Below, one piece after another: positions 1 to 14,164 of a DNA stretch of 64,000 bases. Under the pieces are notes generated by a model, which had not been told where the DNA came from, searched no databases, and saw only the letters and a program-made list of their open reading frames with translations. The position numbers were made by a program, and so were the translations under genes. The stretch's first letter is position 1. The number at the start of each line of letters is the position of its first letter. Origin of the DNA: Lama guanicoe (taxonomy: Eukaryota); contig MU053810.1 of assembly GCA_013239625.1 (NCBI GenBank), forward strand, positions 6,730,122 through 6,794,121. Direction: 5' to 3'.

Positions 1-559
1 AATCTAAGCGTTTCAGGATATTGGTTTTTGTAAAATGGAGTAAGATACATTTTTCTAGGATTGCCTTAAAATAAAATGAGAAAATTCTTCTATATCTTTT
101 AAAAAAGAGCTCTTGTTAGTCTACATAGGTTCACTGTCTAGAAACCAAGTTCTAAAAATGAAATCCTTAGACACGCAATTATTTGAAATACAGCTGTAGG
201 GAAAAATGCAATCATTAAATTTCTTATATAGATTAATTTTTCCACTATTTTTTTCATAGATAAATCTTTAAGCTACCATCTGTTTGGAAGGTTTTTACTA
301 TTTCTGAAGGAAAGCAGTAACATATACAAGAAGGCTGCAAAAAACTTCCAGAACTTAATATAAACAGGTATATTTAAAGTATCTTTTCAATTCTCATTAT
401 TAATATAGTTAATAAATTCATAGAAATTATGTTGAAATGATGAAAAAAAAAAGGTGCAGCCCAGGAATTGGCTATCATGATATTGCCTGCCTCTACTTTT
501 TCCCTTTCTGTACGTTTCTGGTTTGAGCCCATAAAATTCTTCGGTAACGACTTGTACTT

Positions 560-1620
560 AGGTTATTGGTTATCTTCTTCAAATAGCTAACTGATATTCT
601 TTCTCTTGTTTAACCTGATCTCTCTCCAGCTTTTGGCATGGTGGAAGCACGTGGCTTCCAGTAGGTCACAGTCTCTTGATTTTCTTCCTACTCTTCACTG
701 ATCAACTTTTTAGTCTGTATCACAGAGTCCTCTGCCTCAGGCTTCCCTTTAAGTAACTGTGTTCCTCAAGGATCCCCTAAACACAGTCAGCTATATTTTT
801 TTTTCCTATGGTGGTCCTGGGGATTGAACCCAGGACCTTGCACATGCCAAGCATATGCTCTGCCACTGAGCTACACCCCCTCCCCCATCTTCCATTCTCA
901 CTCTACACATTACATGTAGGCAATTCCATCACTGCCCTGTTTCCATTATTTATATCCTCAATCTGTGTCTTCAGTTTAGATCATTTTCCTGAGCCCAGTG
1001 ACCTACTGGACATCAACAGGCCCCAAGACAAAGGCATCACTGCCTCCACCCCTTTCTCCTCTAACCTGCTGCTCTTGAGTTACCTGTCTCAATGAGTAGT
1101 CTCACTTAATTGCTCAAAGTAGAAGCCTGGGAATGAACTTTGATATTTCTCCCTCATCTGTATTCCAGACCCCAAGTGTAATGCTAAGAAATTTAATTTC
1201 TACCTCTTAAATATCTTTCAAATCCTTCTATTTTTCTCCACCTTTCTGCCACTATACAGCTCCAGGTCATCAGTCTGTTCCTACAGTAGCTTTCTAAGCC
1301 GTCTCCTTACTGGTCATGCCCACTTTCAGTCCACGCTCTACACTAAAGCTACAGTGACCTTTCTACACTGCACTTCTGATCATGTTGCCCCCTGTTGACC
1401 GTCCTTCTGTGGCTCTCCACCCAAACCCTAGCTCCTTAGTATGGTAAAGGGGTTTTAAACATTGGTTCCTCCCTGCTTCAGGCTCATCTCTCCCCATTCT
1501 GCTTTTCCTAGGGTCCTGCACATCCCTGAGGACCACATGCAGGTGTCTTCTAGCTGAACCTTTGCCCTCAGCTTTCTGTACTGCCTCTGCCCACATCAGT
1601 ATGGACCCCTAATTTAGCTA
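560..1620 (+). mobile_element. Degraded LINE-2 (L2) fragments, interrupted by a SINE
   Basis: Pyrimidine-rich L2 3'-region-like phrases (tacctcttaaatatctttcaaatcc; ctacagtagctttctaagccgtctcc; cacttctgatcatgttgcccc). Boundaries approximate. Confidence 0.55.
796..886 (-). mobile_element. tRNA-derived SINE, short copy (camelid Vic-1-like)
   Basis: The reverse complement reads ggggtgtagctcagtggcagagcatatgcttggcatgtgcaaggtcctgggttcaatccccag, which has Pol III A and B boxes. A poly-T run at 796-804 is the tail. Confidence 0.85.
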
Positions 1621-1666
1621 ATTCCACATAGTTCATAGTTCAGCTGAGATATCACTTGCTCTAGGC

Positions 1667-1841
1667 CAGCAGTTCCCAAGCCAGTAGCATCAACGCTATC
1701 TTAAAACTTGTTAGAAATGCAAATTCCTGGGTCCCACTGAGAACTACTAAGTTAGAAACTCTGGGGGTTAGGGACAGAAATATGTATTTTAACAAAGCCT
1801 TTAGGTAAATTCTGATAAAGGCTACAGTTTGAGAACTGCTG
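1667..1841. mobile_element. MER5A-like hAT-Charlie MITE
   Basis: Termini cagcagttccc...gagaactgctg; core cttgttagaaatgcaaattcctggg; 8-bp TSD-like ctctaggc/ctctaaac. Confidence 0.8.
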
Positions 1842-4281
1842 CTCTAAACAGCTTTTCCTGAAAGCCTTAAGATTGGTGCAGGTGCCTTTCCCACGGGCTA
1901 ACTGCTCTAAACTATCAGATAACTTTCTGAGTTTACATTATGCTGACACCAAACTTTAAAGCCTCTAGGAACAGAAAGTTTTCCATTTTCAGAATATTTG
2001 CATTTGTTTGTGGTTTAGCAGCATCTCCTTTGTTTACTAGAAGGGAATGAAGATAATACATCCTTGAGCCATCCAGTCTTCTATTAATTTAATTTGGATA
2101 ATCCTAAAGTCTTGAAGTTCTCCATTAGAGTTGAATTTCTATTAATTTTATTGCTTTCTTAGAAATTCCAGAGAATCTGTGATGAAAGGTAGGAGGTGGT
2201 TATTATCTTTTATAACTATGAAGCCAATCAGTTCTTGACAAAAAGAGCCTTGAGAGTGAACCACACAAAAAGGGCTGAAGTCACTGCCGGTCAGTTTGCT
2301 TTCAATGGTCACAAGTGCTCCTGTTTATTAAGCTTTTCATTAATTTCTCAAAATTTCATTTTCAGAAATACACTAAAGCTAATTCTTGGTCGCTGGGTGG
2401 ATTTTAGGTATTTTAAGAAGGACTAGCATCACCTAGACAGAAACAGGTTTTAACATTTATCAGACATGAAGTTCAGTAAGATTATGATGAATATATTAAG
2501 TTATTGCTATTATAAGAAGGAAAACTCACAACTCAGTCTTCCAACTGTAGGCATTTTTTAAAAAGTGAATTTCAGGTACTGCTTTAGCTCTCATGTCTCA
2601 TCCTAATCTTCCTTTCTTCCAAGCCAATTATAAGTAGATAGAATAAGAAGGAAGAATGATGGAAAAAGAAAGTAGGAAGGGTTGCAAGATTGTTGCAAGT
2701 CAAATTTTTGATAGACCATGAAGGAACTTGCAGATGATCTCTCTTGATCCCACTAATGTAGAGAAAAGAAATGAGTCCCAGTGAGGGGAGTCACTTGTCC
2801 AAAGTCACAAAGTCCGTGAGCAGCAGAACATTACAAAACTCCTATCATTTTCTCTTATCTTAGTGCTTTTTTCTATTATATCTTCCCCAGAACTGTCTAT
2901 TAGCTAGTTCAGAGTTACATCAACTTTAAAAAGCACAACAGGAATCTGCCTCTCTAAACATGCCACATCTCCTCTACTCTCCTGTATTTTTCTAATTCAG
3001 ATACCCACAGTACCATCCCTTTTACCTAAACTGATTCAAATGCACATATCTTTGTAGATTCAGTTCAAGGACCTCATGCTACTTAGATCTTTGTCTGATG
3101 ATCCTAGTGCACAAAATTTTCCCCAATGATCACCATTACTCAATCGGTATCTCTCATACGCTTAGAATCTTTTTGAAGTCAGAGGATGCCTGCTTGTTTC
3201 CTAAACCCCCAGAGGATCTAGCACATGAAGGCAAGAAAATTTAGTTGACTAATTATTTACAAATGTCCTCCTGATAGCTAGCAAAGGAAGTTTTATTGTT
3301 ATCATTCACTGTATTGCTTGTGTTTTAAAGAAAACAAACCAGAGGAGGAAGAAGCTGGGTAAATCAGGGAATTTGAAAGAATTCTGGTAAAGATACAGGA
3401 ATGAGAGTAAATATTATCTCCTGTTATGTGTCAGCCCTTCAGTAAATCCTAGAAATTTAGTAAAGAAAATAGCAATTATCTACCTGCTTTCAGGTTTATT
3501 ATAAACTTAGAAGACATAAATAAATAGGCAATTAAAATATGATGGTTCTTGGGGAGTGGTATCAGCAAAAATGGTGAAACAGAGAACTCCAAAAGTCGAC
3601 CCATCCGTAAAAGCAATTAATAAATTGGTAAAAACTGTTGGAATCAACTTTTGGGAACACTAGAAACTAATCAAAAGCTTATAGCAACCAGGGGATACTT
3701 AACTAATAAAAAAAAAAATTGCTGAATTTGAGTAACGGAGCTTTGTGGCATTTTAACATACATTGGTCCCATCTCCCACTCACTAGCTCAGTGGTGGCCT
3801 TGAAGACAATATCCTATACTCTCTGTATAGGTACCTAGTACTAGATAAACACAGTGGATCTTGTTCTCAAAGAATTGTGGTTTTTCATTTTGACCTCTCT
3901 GGTGGCTCCCTAGAGAACTAGTTCAAGGCCTTCCTTATTTCACTCAGCTGGCTGAGGCAATGATATGGGGGTCATTTGTTTGAAACATTTAAAGGACAAT
4001 GGATTATCTGATGCCACCTGCGGCAAGGGATAATGGTTGGGACAAATAACAAACTAAACAAAAAGTTAGGAGGAAAGGCTGGAGAATAAGATGTGTTGGA
4101 GAATTAGGGCTTTGAAAAGCTTCCATATATTTCTGGGTATCTAGATGTCTGGAAGATGCTCAGAAAAGATACAAGAAGGCCCTAAGCTCTCATCCCCTGC
4201 TGACTGGAGGCTTGCACAAGCATGGAGTGAAGTCTAAGGCAAAGTTGTAAAGTCCTTGGCCAAGCAGTGAAGGCATGTCTC

Positions 4282-4320
<39 letters not shown>
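4282..4320. repeat. (CA)n microsatellite
   Basis: Perfect CA dinucleotide run inside the L1 5' UTR. Confidence 0.95.
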
Positions 4321-4323
<3 letters not shown>

Positions 4324-6294
4324 TTCATATGCAAAGAATGAGAAAATTTCAAAAGTTTTTGTTGTTGTTGTTTGTTACAGACTTTAAGGAGCTCTCTGCT
4401 GAACCACTAGCTGACCACTAAGCAAACAGAACAGAGACTTCAGTGGCCACACATAACAAAGAATATATATATAAATAATTAGTTCAGAAAAGCCACATAA
4501 CAAACAACAGCAACTACACTAGGGAACAACAATAAATCCTAGGTAGGATACAGAATCTGATTCTAGATTTACTACGTTATAACACTTGTCATTATAACAT
4601 TATAAAATGTCCAGTTTTCAAGAAAAAGCATGAGACATGTAAAGAAAAGCATATATGGCCCATACACATGAAAAAGAAATAGAAACTGTCCCTAAGAAAG
4701 CCCAGATGTTGCACTTACTAGACAAAGACTTTAGATCAGCTGTCTTAAATATGCTCAAAGAGCTAAAGGAAACCAAGAAAGTGATATTCCACCAAATAGA
4801 GGGTATCAATAAATAGACAGAAATTGCAAAAAGGAATCAAATAGAAATTCTGCACTTGAAAAGAATAGTAACTAAAATGAAAAATTCACTAAAAGGACTC
4901 AACAGCAGGCAAAAGAATCAGTGACTAGGTCAGAGAGATTATCCAGTATGAGGAGTAGCAAATAAAATAAAATAAAGAAACATAAATGGAGCCTAATAGA
5001 CTGTGGAATACTGTCAAAATAGGTATAATGGGAATTCCAGAAAGAAAGGAGAGAAAAGAAAGTCAGAAAGAATGTTTGAAGAAATAATGCCTGAAACTTC
5101 CCCAGAAAACAGACATGAATCTGTACATCTAAGAAGCTCAAGTACCTCAAAGTAGGTTAAACTCAAAGAGATTTACATTGAGACACATTGTAAATCAAGA
5201 GCAGCTTACACATTCTTCTCAAGTGCACATAGAACATTCTCCAAACTAGACATCTGTGAGGCCACAAAACAAGTCTCAATATATTTAAAAAGACTGAAAT
5301 CGTACGAACTATCTTCCCCAACCACAGTGGATTCAGATTAGAACTTACTAACAGAAGGAACTCTGGAAAGTTTACAAATATGTGGAAATTAAATGACGTA
5401 CTCTTAAACAACCAATCAGTTAAAGAAGAAATAATAAGTTAGAGAATAATTTGAAATAAATGAAAATGAAAGAACATATCAAAACTTAAGGCTTTCAGCA
5501 AATGTTTCAGAGAGAAATTTACAACGTACAAATACAAATATTAAAAAACGAAGAAACCTATCAAATCAATATCCGAACTTTCAATACTGTAAGGAACCAG
5601 AAAACGGAGAGTGAACTAAACCTAAAGCAAGCAGATGGAGGGAAATAATAAATACTGGAGTGGAATCAAATGAAATTCATAATAGAAAAACAATAGAGAC
5701 AATAAACAAAACCAAAGTTGTTCTTTGAAAAAATAAACAAAATTGACAAACCTTTATCTACTCTGACAAAGAAAAAAAAAGAGATAAGACTCCTACTACT
5801 AGAATTAGGAATGAGGATGGAGACATTATTACAACTCTATAGGAATAAACATGATTATAATGGAATACTATAAATAACTGTATGCTAAAAAATTAGTTAA
5901 CCTAAATGAATGGACAAATTTCTAGAAACACACAAATTACTAAAAGGTAGAACATCTTAAAAGACATATAATAAGTAAAGAGATTGACTCAGTAATCAAA
6001 AACTTGCCAATAAAGAAAAGTCCAGGACCAGATAACTTCACTGGTGAATTTTACCAAATATTTGAAGAAGAATTAATATCAGTTCTTCTCAAACTTTTCC
6101 AAAGAGTAGAAGAGGAAGGAACACTTCCTAAATTATTCTATGAGGCCAGCATTACTTTGATTCCAAAGCCAGATAAAGACATCACAAGAAAAGAAAATTA
6201 TAGGCGAATATCAGTTATGAATATATATGCAAAATTCCCAAGCAAAATACTAGCAAACAAAATCCAAAAGCATATTAAAAAGATTATACACCAT

Positions 6295-6872
6295 TGTCAC
6301 CCATTTCATGCAACCCAGGCCCCGGGTGCTGAAACTGTTTTTAACCATACAGGCTAGTTGTGTTTTATCAGCAGGATGCCACAAAGACCTAGGACAAAAC
6401 CAGACGGAACTGGCTCTGACTTGACCACAGGAAAGCACCTGCACAGATGAAACCTAGAAGTGTCTGAAAGTTACCTTTGCTTCATTACCATGTTAAGATG
6501 GCCCCCCAAAGGGGGATTGGTACTCTGCTGGGCACAATCTGTGCCACGTGCAAGGGAGCCTGAGGGACCGTGCGTGCTGTGCTGGCTGTTCCCGGAAATC
6601 TCTGCCCTATCCCCAGCTTCTGATGAAGCATTTGCCTCTTTCACCTCAATGTCCCCTCACTTTCCTTGCTTTGGGGAGAAGGTGCTTTTAGAGCATGAGC
6701 TCCCCTTCTCCTTTCTCTGGCCACTGAATAAAAGCTTGTCTTGCTTACACCAAACTCAGTTTCACTACACGCAGTGAGAACTGGAAGTGGGAGAGAACTC
6801 CCTGACCGAGCCAGAGGGCCTTCAGCTCGGCTAGGGCCCCGAGAGCGGGGCCTCGCATCTAATGTGGTAACA
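6295..6872 (+). mobile_element. Solo LTR (ERV1-like, 578 bp) inserted into L1 ORF2
   Basis: Termini TGTCAC...GTAACA; AATAAA at 6727-6732; 4-bp TSD ccat (6291-6294)/tcat (6873-6876). The L1 ORF2 sequence attatacaccat|...gaccaagtggg resumes on the other side. Confidence 0.88.
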
Positions 6873-9800
6873 TCATCATGACCAAGTGGGATTTATACCA
6901 GGAATGCAAGGCAGTTCCACATACAAAAATCAATTAATATAATATACCATATTAACAGAATGAAGGAAAAAAACCCATATGATTATAATTTATGCAGAAA
7001 AATATTTGACAAAATGCAATACTCTTTCATAATAATAAACATCAACAACTAGCTATAGAAGGTGTCTTCTTCAACCTGACCCTTACCAGGCTTCTATGAA
7101 ACAACCAAGGCTAATGCCGTACTCAGCGGTGGAAGACTGAAATCTTTCCCCTGGTATCAGTAACAAAGCAAGAAGCAAGAATGTCTGTTCTCACCACTTC
7201 TATTCATCATTGTACCAAAAGTCCTAGTCAGAGCAATTTGTCAAGAAAAAGAAATAAAAAGCACCCATATGGGAATGGGAGAAGTAAAGCTATCTTCATT
7301 AGTAGATGGCGTGGTCTTATATATAGAAAACCCTAAAGAACACACACACACACACACACACACAATTTGAGCTAAAAACCAAGTTCAGCAAATTTGTAAG
7401 ATACAAGTTAATATTAAAAAAGCAGTTTTATTTTTATGTACTAGTGATGAGCAATCTGAAAGTGAAATTGAGTTCCATTTACTGTAGTATCCAAAAAAAA
7501 AAATTAGGGGTAAATTTAATCAAGGAGTTTAAAAAATGTATATGCTGAAATCTACACAGCACTAGTGAAAGAAATTTTTAAAAGACCTAAAGAAATGGAA
7601 AGACATTTTGTGTTCATGGATTGGAAGACTTAATATTACTAAAATGGCAATATTCCCTAAACTGATCTACAGATTCAGGTCAATCTAACAAAACAGTGTG
7701 GCACTATCATAATGATAGACATGTAGAACAGTGGAATAAAACAGATCATCCAGAAATAAACCTGTACATCTCTAGTCAATTGATTTTTGACAATAGTGCC
7801 AAGATCAGCCAATAAAGAAAGAATAATCTTTTCAACAAATGGTCCTAAGGACAAGTGTATATCCAAATGCAAAAGAATGAATTTAGACCTCTGTCTCACC
7901 TAGTACACAAAAAATGAATTCCAAATGAATCAAAGACCCAAATGTAAGAGCTAAAACTATAAAACACTTAGAAGAAAACAGAGGTATCAATCCCCCTGAC
8001 CTGAGATCAGGCAATGCTTTCTTAAGTTTCATGACAAAAGCGTATGTAATGAAAGAAAACATAGATAAGTTAAACCTAATAAAAATGAAGAATTTATGCA
8101 TCAAAGTACACTATCAGAAATTGACAAAGAAAACCCACAGAACTAGAGAAAATATTTTCAAATAATTTTTCTGATAAGGATCTCACATTCAGAATGTATA
8201 AGAGCTCACACAATGCAATGACAAAAAGACAAACAACCCAATTAAAAATGGTCATAGAACTTAGACATTTCTCTAAGGAGACATATAAATGACTAATAAA
8301 CACCTAAAAACATTCTCAACATTACTGGTCATTGGGGATATGTATATCAAAACCACAATGAGATAGCACTTCACACACACTAGGACAGCAATAATAAAAA
8401 TAAATGGAAAATAAGCATTGATGAAGATGTGAAAAGATCAGAAGCCTCATACATTGCTGGTAGAAAAGTGAAATCGTACAGCCTCTCTGGAAAACAGTTT
8501 GGTGGGTCCTCAAAAATGTTAAACACAGATTTACCGTATGATCTAACACTTCCACTTCTACTTATTATATATCTATGAGAATTAAACATAAGGTTCACAC
8601 AGGAAACCTGTATATGAGTGTCCATAGTAACATTATGCAAAGAATGGAGACAATTCAATAGCCCATCAAATGATGAGTGGACAAACACAACGTAGTATAT
8701 GCAAACAGCAGGATATTATATCTATGAATAAAAAGGGTTAATTCTGATATACGCTACAATATGGATGAACCTTGAAAATGTGAAAGAAAGAAAGTGAAAG
8801 AAACCAAACACAAAAGGCCACAAATTCTATGATTGCATTTATCCGAAATGTTTGGAATAAGTAAATCCATAGAGACAAAAAGCAGATTTGTGTTTGCAGG
8901 GTTTGGGAGAGGAGAAGTGAGGGTGATCTGCTTAATGGGCTTGAAATTTATTCTTGGGGTGATGAAAATAATCTGGAATTAGATAATGGTAATTGTTACA
9001 TAACACTACGTATTAAAAGCCAGAACTGCACCCTTTAAAATGATTAAAATGGCAAATTTTGTATTATATGAATTCTACCTCAAAAATAAAACAAAAACAA
9101 AACCCCCCAAATGATTCTTATTGCAGAAGAGGAGAAAATTCTTCTGCACCTTTCTGAACACTGCATCCCTGTCTACTGTAGCCCCAGGCTATCCTCAACC
9201 ATCTGGTTGTTTTTTCCCTCTCCTGGCTGCTGAGGTGAGATTCACCAGGCTTAACACTAGTTTATTTGCAGTGTGACTATTTTAAACTTGCGTACATCAT
9301 TCCTCTCTCATATCATTCCTCTCTCATAAGAGTTCATTCCGCGATCTTAACACTGTAAGAAAAAATGTAAGAAATTTGAAAATCAATAAAGCATGGTTGA
9401 TTCCCTAAAATAGAGGTCAATAATACTAACTCATCTAAAATCAGACCTTCTTTGTTTTAACTTGGCATAAACACCTGTTTCCTAAACCACATTCCTTTGG
9501 AGCTGTTTCAATTGCAACAATAATGCAAATAAAGGACATTTTACAGCAATTGAGTTTTTGTGCTCTAGAGATGTTTAGTTTTGAAAAGTTTGGAATAAAA
9601 GCTTTCAGAGCAATAAATTCAAATATAGATACTATTGTTCCCTCCCCACTGCTCTTCCAGCCCCATCTCACAACAGAAAGATATTTTAAACAATAGCAGA
9701 TGGTGAATCAGTCTGAAGATGAAGGAAAATAAATCAGATTATCAACAGTTTAAGAATTACGTGCTTGTTCCTTTCCTTACATCCAGAGTGAATACAAATT

Positions 9801-12074
9801 CTATGACCATCATCTTCCAAATGGCTATGAGAACAGATTCTGTCCTTGTATTTCAATTATTTTAGCACCGATTAATCAACAGAAATAATTTTAAATTAAA
9901 TTTTCATTCTAGGATTAGGTGTTTCTAAAATTTAGTGTTTTACTATTTAATATAACATTTTGGTATTCAAGCACATGATTTCAGACAAATTACAAAAACA
10001 AAGTTATTTCAGATGGTTGCCTAATAGCATTATTACTTAAATGAGCAATTATATTACAATCTCAAAAAGGAAGCATCACTATTTGCATGATTTTGTAGTT
10101 AGAAAATTTCTAAAATGACACCGTATTAAATGACATTATTTAAATTTTGATCTGTTCTTACTTCTAATTCAAGATTTAGTTTTGCTGTCTGAAAAACAAC
10201 AACAACAACAATAACAAAAAAACACTATTCCTCTGAAATAGGTTAATCACAGTTAAGTATTTCCCAGGGATGTCCTAAGGCAAAGGTGTTTGAACATGTT
10301 TTCTCTTCAACTATGATTGTCCAAATTGGAATGCAGTGGAAATGACTAACAGAAAAACTTACTTCTCTTTCTAAGGAAAGTTTCAACCTAATTAAATGAG
10401 GCCTAATACTCTTCTTTTTCAGTCTCTTTAATACATTTATAGATAAAGAGCAGTAGTAGACCATGGGGATCACAAAAAGATGATAAAATTCTTTGCAAAT
10501 ACAAAGGTACACTTTAATATGTGATTAGTTATAAAAACAAACAAACAAACAAACAAAAAAACCCTACTAAATTCTTAAAGAATAGTTGCACATTAATATA
10601 GTCAACCTCTTTAAGGTGTTAGTCCCATATAAAAGAAATGTTAAAAAGTAATGTTTTTAAAAACTCTAAACTTACTCTTGCATTCACCGTCACATCAATC
10701 CACAGTTATACACAAAATACATTAGCTAGCAAATAGAGGATGTAACTACAGAAGAATTTTGGAGATCTGCTGTGTGAGTCTGTAACAATTGCTCAGTCTG
10801 TCTAACTCTAATATTTTTAACTGTTTAGATAGTATTATTAATCTTGAAGTAGAAGAACTTTCAGTTACTGTCATTGAAACTTTTGGAAATTAGTTTGAAA
10901 GTGCTCTTTGGTCATTGTGCTATTCAACTATTTACACTTTGTCTCATTACTAGATTTAAAACCCTTTGACTTAAATTTCTTGGCAGGTCCCAAGGTGCCC
11001 ACTACACTGTCTCAGTGATTATAGATCAGAAGTGTTATATAATGTAACAAACACTCAACTACTTTTGCAGGTGAATTGATTTCTCCATTAAAACTATAAT
11101 ACATGATCAAAGTAAAAAACCAGAAAATATAAGCAAATAAAAAGAAAAAGTGAAAACCATGTAAAACAGCCCTAGTTGTACACAGATCCTGTCAGCATTG
11201 TGGTGAATTTTATTCTCCAGTATTTTTTCTATACATATATAAAATATTTTAATAACATTAAGATTATAACATATAATTTACATTATACTTATTTCATATA
11301 ATCAGGTATTCTGAGTATTTTCATATAACCTGTATTTGTAAATAACATGATAGCACGTAATCATTTAGGCAAGTCATTATTTCTTTATTATAAGCTACAC
11401 TCTAATGAACATTCTTTTTTCCCCTCACTCCTCAAAGCTAGCAAAAGTCCAAGAATGGAAGACAGACAGCTACTGCATTAACTTCTATGCATATAAGCTG
11501 TTGTGATCTAAACTGGGGAATGTTTCATCTCTTTTATCAGGTTTAGAATGGATTGAAAGTTAATTGAGAAAGTAATTTGGAAGAAAGGTGGTAGTACAAT
11601 GTTGTACAGGTTTTAAATATATAAAATTTCATAATTTTATATTGGAACAGATGCCCAACTCAGGAAAAATTTTCTAGTGCCTAAGGACATAGGGAAATTT
11701 TTAATCTAGGTAAAATCTGGCTACAATGTCGGAAAAAAATAAACCTTCTGTCGATGCACTTTATTAAGCAAGTTAAGAAGTATTTGTGATTATAGCCTTC
11801 AAGGCCCTCTTTTACATGAGCTGGATCTACTTTTTAAGTGCTTTCCATCACATTCTTTGCTTATGGACTAGGGGATGCTGTATTCTGGCTTGTGTTTTTC
11901 TCTCCACCGTGTTCTAAAATCCTCCACATTCACGGACATCATCCCAAAACCTTCCTCTTCAGGCTACCTTCCCAGGCTGCCCGCCTGGATATTACGTCTC
12001 ACTGACCCTCAGGACATAATGACATGTATTATGATCACGCATATGTTTGTTCTACCTATTGATTGATATTTTAA

Positions 12075-13300
12075 GCATGAACATTCTTGCAGATAAATCT
12101 TTGTGCACATCCTTTTTTCTTTAGATGAAAAAAAAAACCAAGATGACTCAGTTTTATAAAAGTTCTTGATACATATTACCACTTATTTCTGGCAGATTGT
12201 ACCAATTTACACTTTCTTCAGCCAAGTATGACAGTGTTTTACTTGACTGGATACTTAATATTATTGACAATTATAATTAAAAACAAATCCTTTCCCTATT
12301 CCAGTTCATGAACCACAGTGTCTCATTTTGCTCTGCTTTAATTACTAGTTTCATTGAACATTTTTTTAAAATGTGGTTTTGCTAACTGCCTTTTTCTCCT
12401 TTGAATTGTCTGCCCCCAGCTTTAGCCTTTTTATTTATATTAACTTTATAACTAACTGCACTTTCTCACACCATAGCTGTTAGATATAATGGCCATTGAG
12501 CACCTGTCTGATCTGAGATGTGTTTAAGTGCCAAATGAACACTGGATTTTGAAGACTTAGTCCAAGCCAAGAATCGAAAATATCTTATTAATAATTTTGT
12601 ATATAAATTACCTGTTGGAATGGCAATAATTCAAATATGTTGGGTTAAATAAAATATCATTAAGTTTAATTTTACCTGCTTCTTTTTATTCTACTATACA
12701 TATGGGCTCACATTTGTGGCTTCAGTTATACTTTTATTGGACAGCACTCAGCTATAAAATATACCACAACCGTATTTCCTAGTTCATTATTTGCCTTTTA
12801 ATTTATGGGGTTTTTTTCCCCATGCAGAAGTTTAAAATTTAGGTAATCCAATCAATTGAATTTTTTCTCTTGATCTCTTCCATTGCCCAACCTGAAATAA
12901 ATAAAATATTAATCTATAATTTCTCACTGTTATTCTTTGTTGGATTTAGTTTCAGAATTTATTGATATTCTTATAAATTGAGATAAAACCCAACGGTACA
13001 TTTTTCTAGGTATATAGTTAATTTCCTAATCCTTATTTGTTGAACTGGCCCTTGTTCCCTCACTCCACTGTTTTGGAAAGCTTTCTTTACCAAATAGATC
13101 TTCTGGTAGAGAAGTCTGCCTGGGGCTCTCTACCTTGTCCTCTTGATCTACTGACTTACTCTTTTGAATATTGCTTATGGATAATACATTATAATATCTA
13201 TAATCTTGCCTTCTTGTTCTTATTTTTATGCAAATATTCCTAGCTCTTCTTTACTTTTAAAGAGGAATATTAGGATTATTTTGCTAGGATCTCTCCTTTG
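12075..13300 (-). mobile_element. Old antisense L1 (L1ME-like) fragments
   Basis: Antisense L1 phrases such as gaacattcttgcagataaatctttgtgcaca and gattgtaccaatttacact; interrupted by a MER33-like element. Confidence 0.55.
12470..12748. mobile_element. MER33-like hAT-Charlie MITE
   Basis: actggattttgaagacttagt...ttgggttaaataaaatat...tggctcacatttgtggct...ttttattggacagcact. Confidence 0.75.
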
Positions 13301-13484
13301 GCTTATCCATTCAACAAATGTTTACTTAGCACTTTAAGGTGCACGAGGCACCGTGCTCTGCACGGCTTTCGGGATACAGATGAGCCCTACCTCACAAGCT
13401 TATACAACTGCGAGTCTTCGTACCTCAAACCTTCCCATTCAGTGATAAGATGTGTCTCCTCATTTGTTTAAATTTAATGGGATT

Positions 13485-13672
13485 ATTCAAGGTATGAATA
13501 CACACAAAGTAGGTACTCTGACCACATGGAATTAAATTATAAATCAAAACCAGAAAGATTTATGGAAAATCCTTCAAATATTTGGAAACTAAGTAACACT
13601 TCTAAATAACAAGTAGGTCAAAGAATAAATCAAATTGGAAATGATTTTGAACCAAAGGAAAATGAAAAAAAC
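13485..13672 (+). mobile_element. L1 ORF2 fragment
   Basis: ctctgaccacatggaattaaatta...aaatatttggaaactaagtaacacttctaaataac resembles the end of the L1 endonuclease region. Confidence 0.65.
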
Positions 13673-13674
13673 AA

Positions 13675-13990
13675 GTCAGGCATTTTGGACTGGACACACA
13701 CGAATGCTGGGTGGGGGGCAGCAGACTACCAGAGGCCAGGTGAGCTGATGGTGCATCAGAAGGGACACAAGTGTATCCCCACAATAACACAAGTGGAACC
13801 CCTGCCTCTGGGCCCAGACAAGAGCAGCGGGCCGGCAATGGCAGCAAACGGCTGGCAGAAGCCAACTGCCTCACCTTGGCTTTTAAAGAAAACTGACTTC
13901 CCCTCTTTCCACTGCATGAATAAGTTAATCTCATTTCCCACACATTCTCTTACATCTACTCCAGATAAGGGAAATAAATATTTCCACTTG
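13675..13990 (+). mobile_element. Probable old LTR fragment
   Basis: GC-richer block with a TATA-like ttttaaagaaaa followed by a polyA-signal-like gaataagttaatctc. Termini not clear. Confidence 0.3.
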
Positions 13991-14130
13991 AGGGCAGACA
14001 AGATTTGTTAGTTGCTAACAGTGAACATTAGGATAAAGTATTTATCAACTGCAGCCTGAGATGTACTAATTCTGAATTACTAGATAGGTTTCCATTCATA
14101 ATTTTAAAGTTGATTAACATGCATGCAAGG

Positions 14131-14131
<1 letters not shown>

Positions 14132-14163
<32 letters not shown>
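14132..14163. repeat. (CA)n microsatellite
   Basis: Perfect CA run. Confidence 0.95.

Positions 14164-14164
<1 letters not shown>

Larger units (their letters stand above)
3550..9110 (+). mobile_element. Old, internally deleted L1 (L1M/L1MB-like) with 5' UTR, ORF1 and ORF2 remnants, 3' UTR and A-rich tail
   Basis: ORF 6004-6357 gives L1 ORF2 RT-region motifs [15 protein letters not shown]...[19 protein letters not shown]...ENYR. ORF1-like sequence lies at ~4700-5180 and jumps directly into ORF2 at ~5190. L1MB-type 3' end (ggggtgatgaaaat...tatatgaattctacctcaaaaataaaa). Many stops and frameshifts. Confidence 0.92.

Noticed and set aside
812..880. tRNA-like sequence (also at 34690-34760)
   Set aside because: The A/B boxes belong to tRNA-derived SINEs with A-rich tails; there is no intact cloverleaf acceptor stem.
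6004..6357. 117-aa reverse-transcriptase-region ORF
   Set aside because: Remnant of a dead L1 ORF2 that runs into the nested LTR; not a gene.
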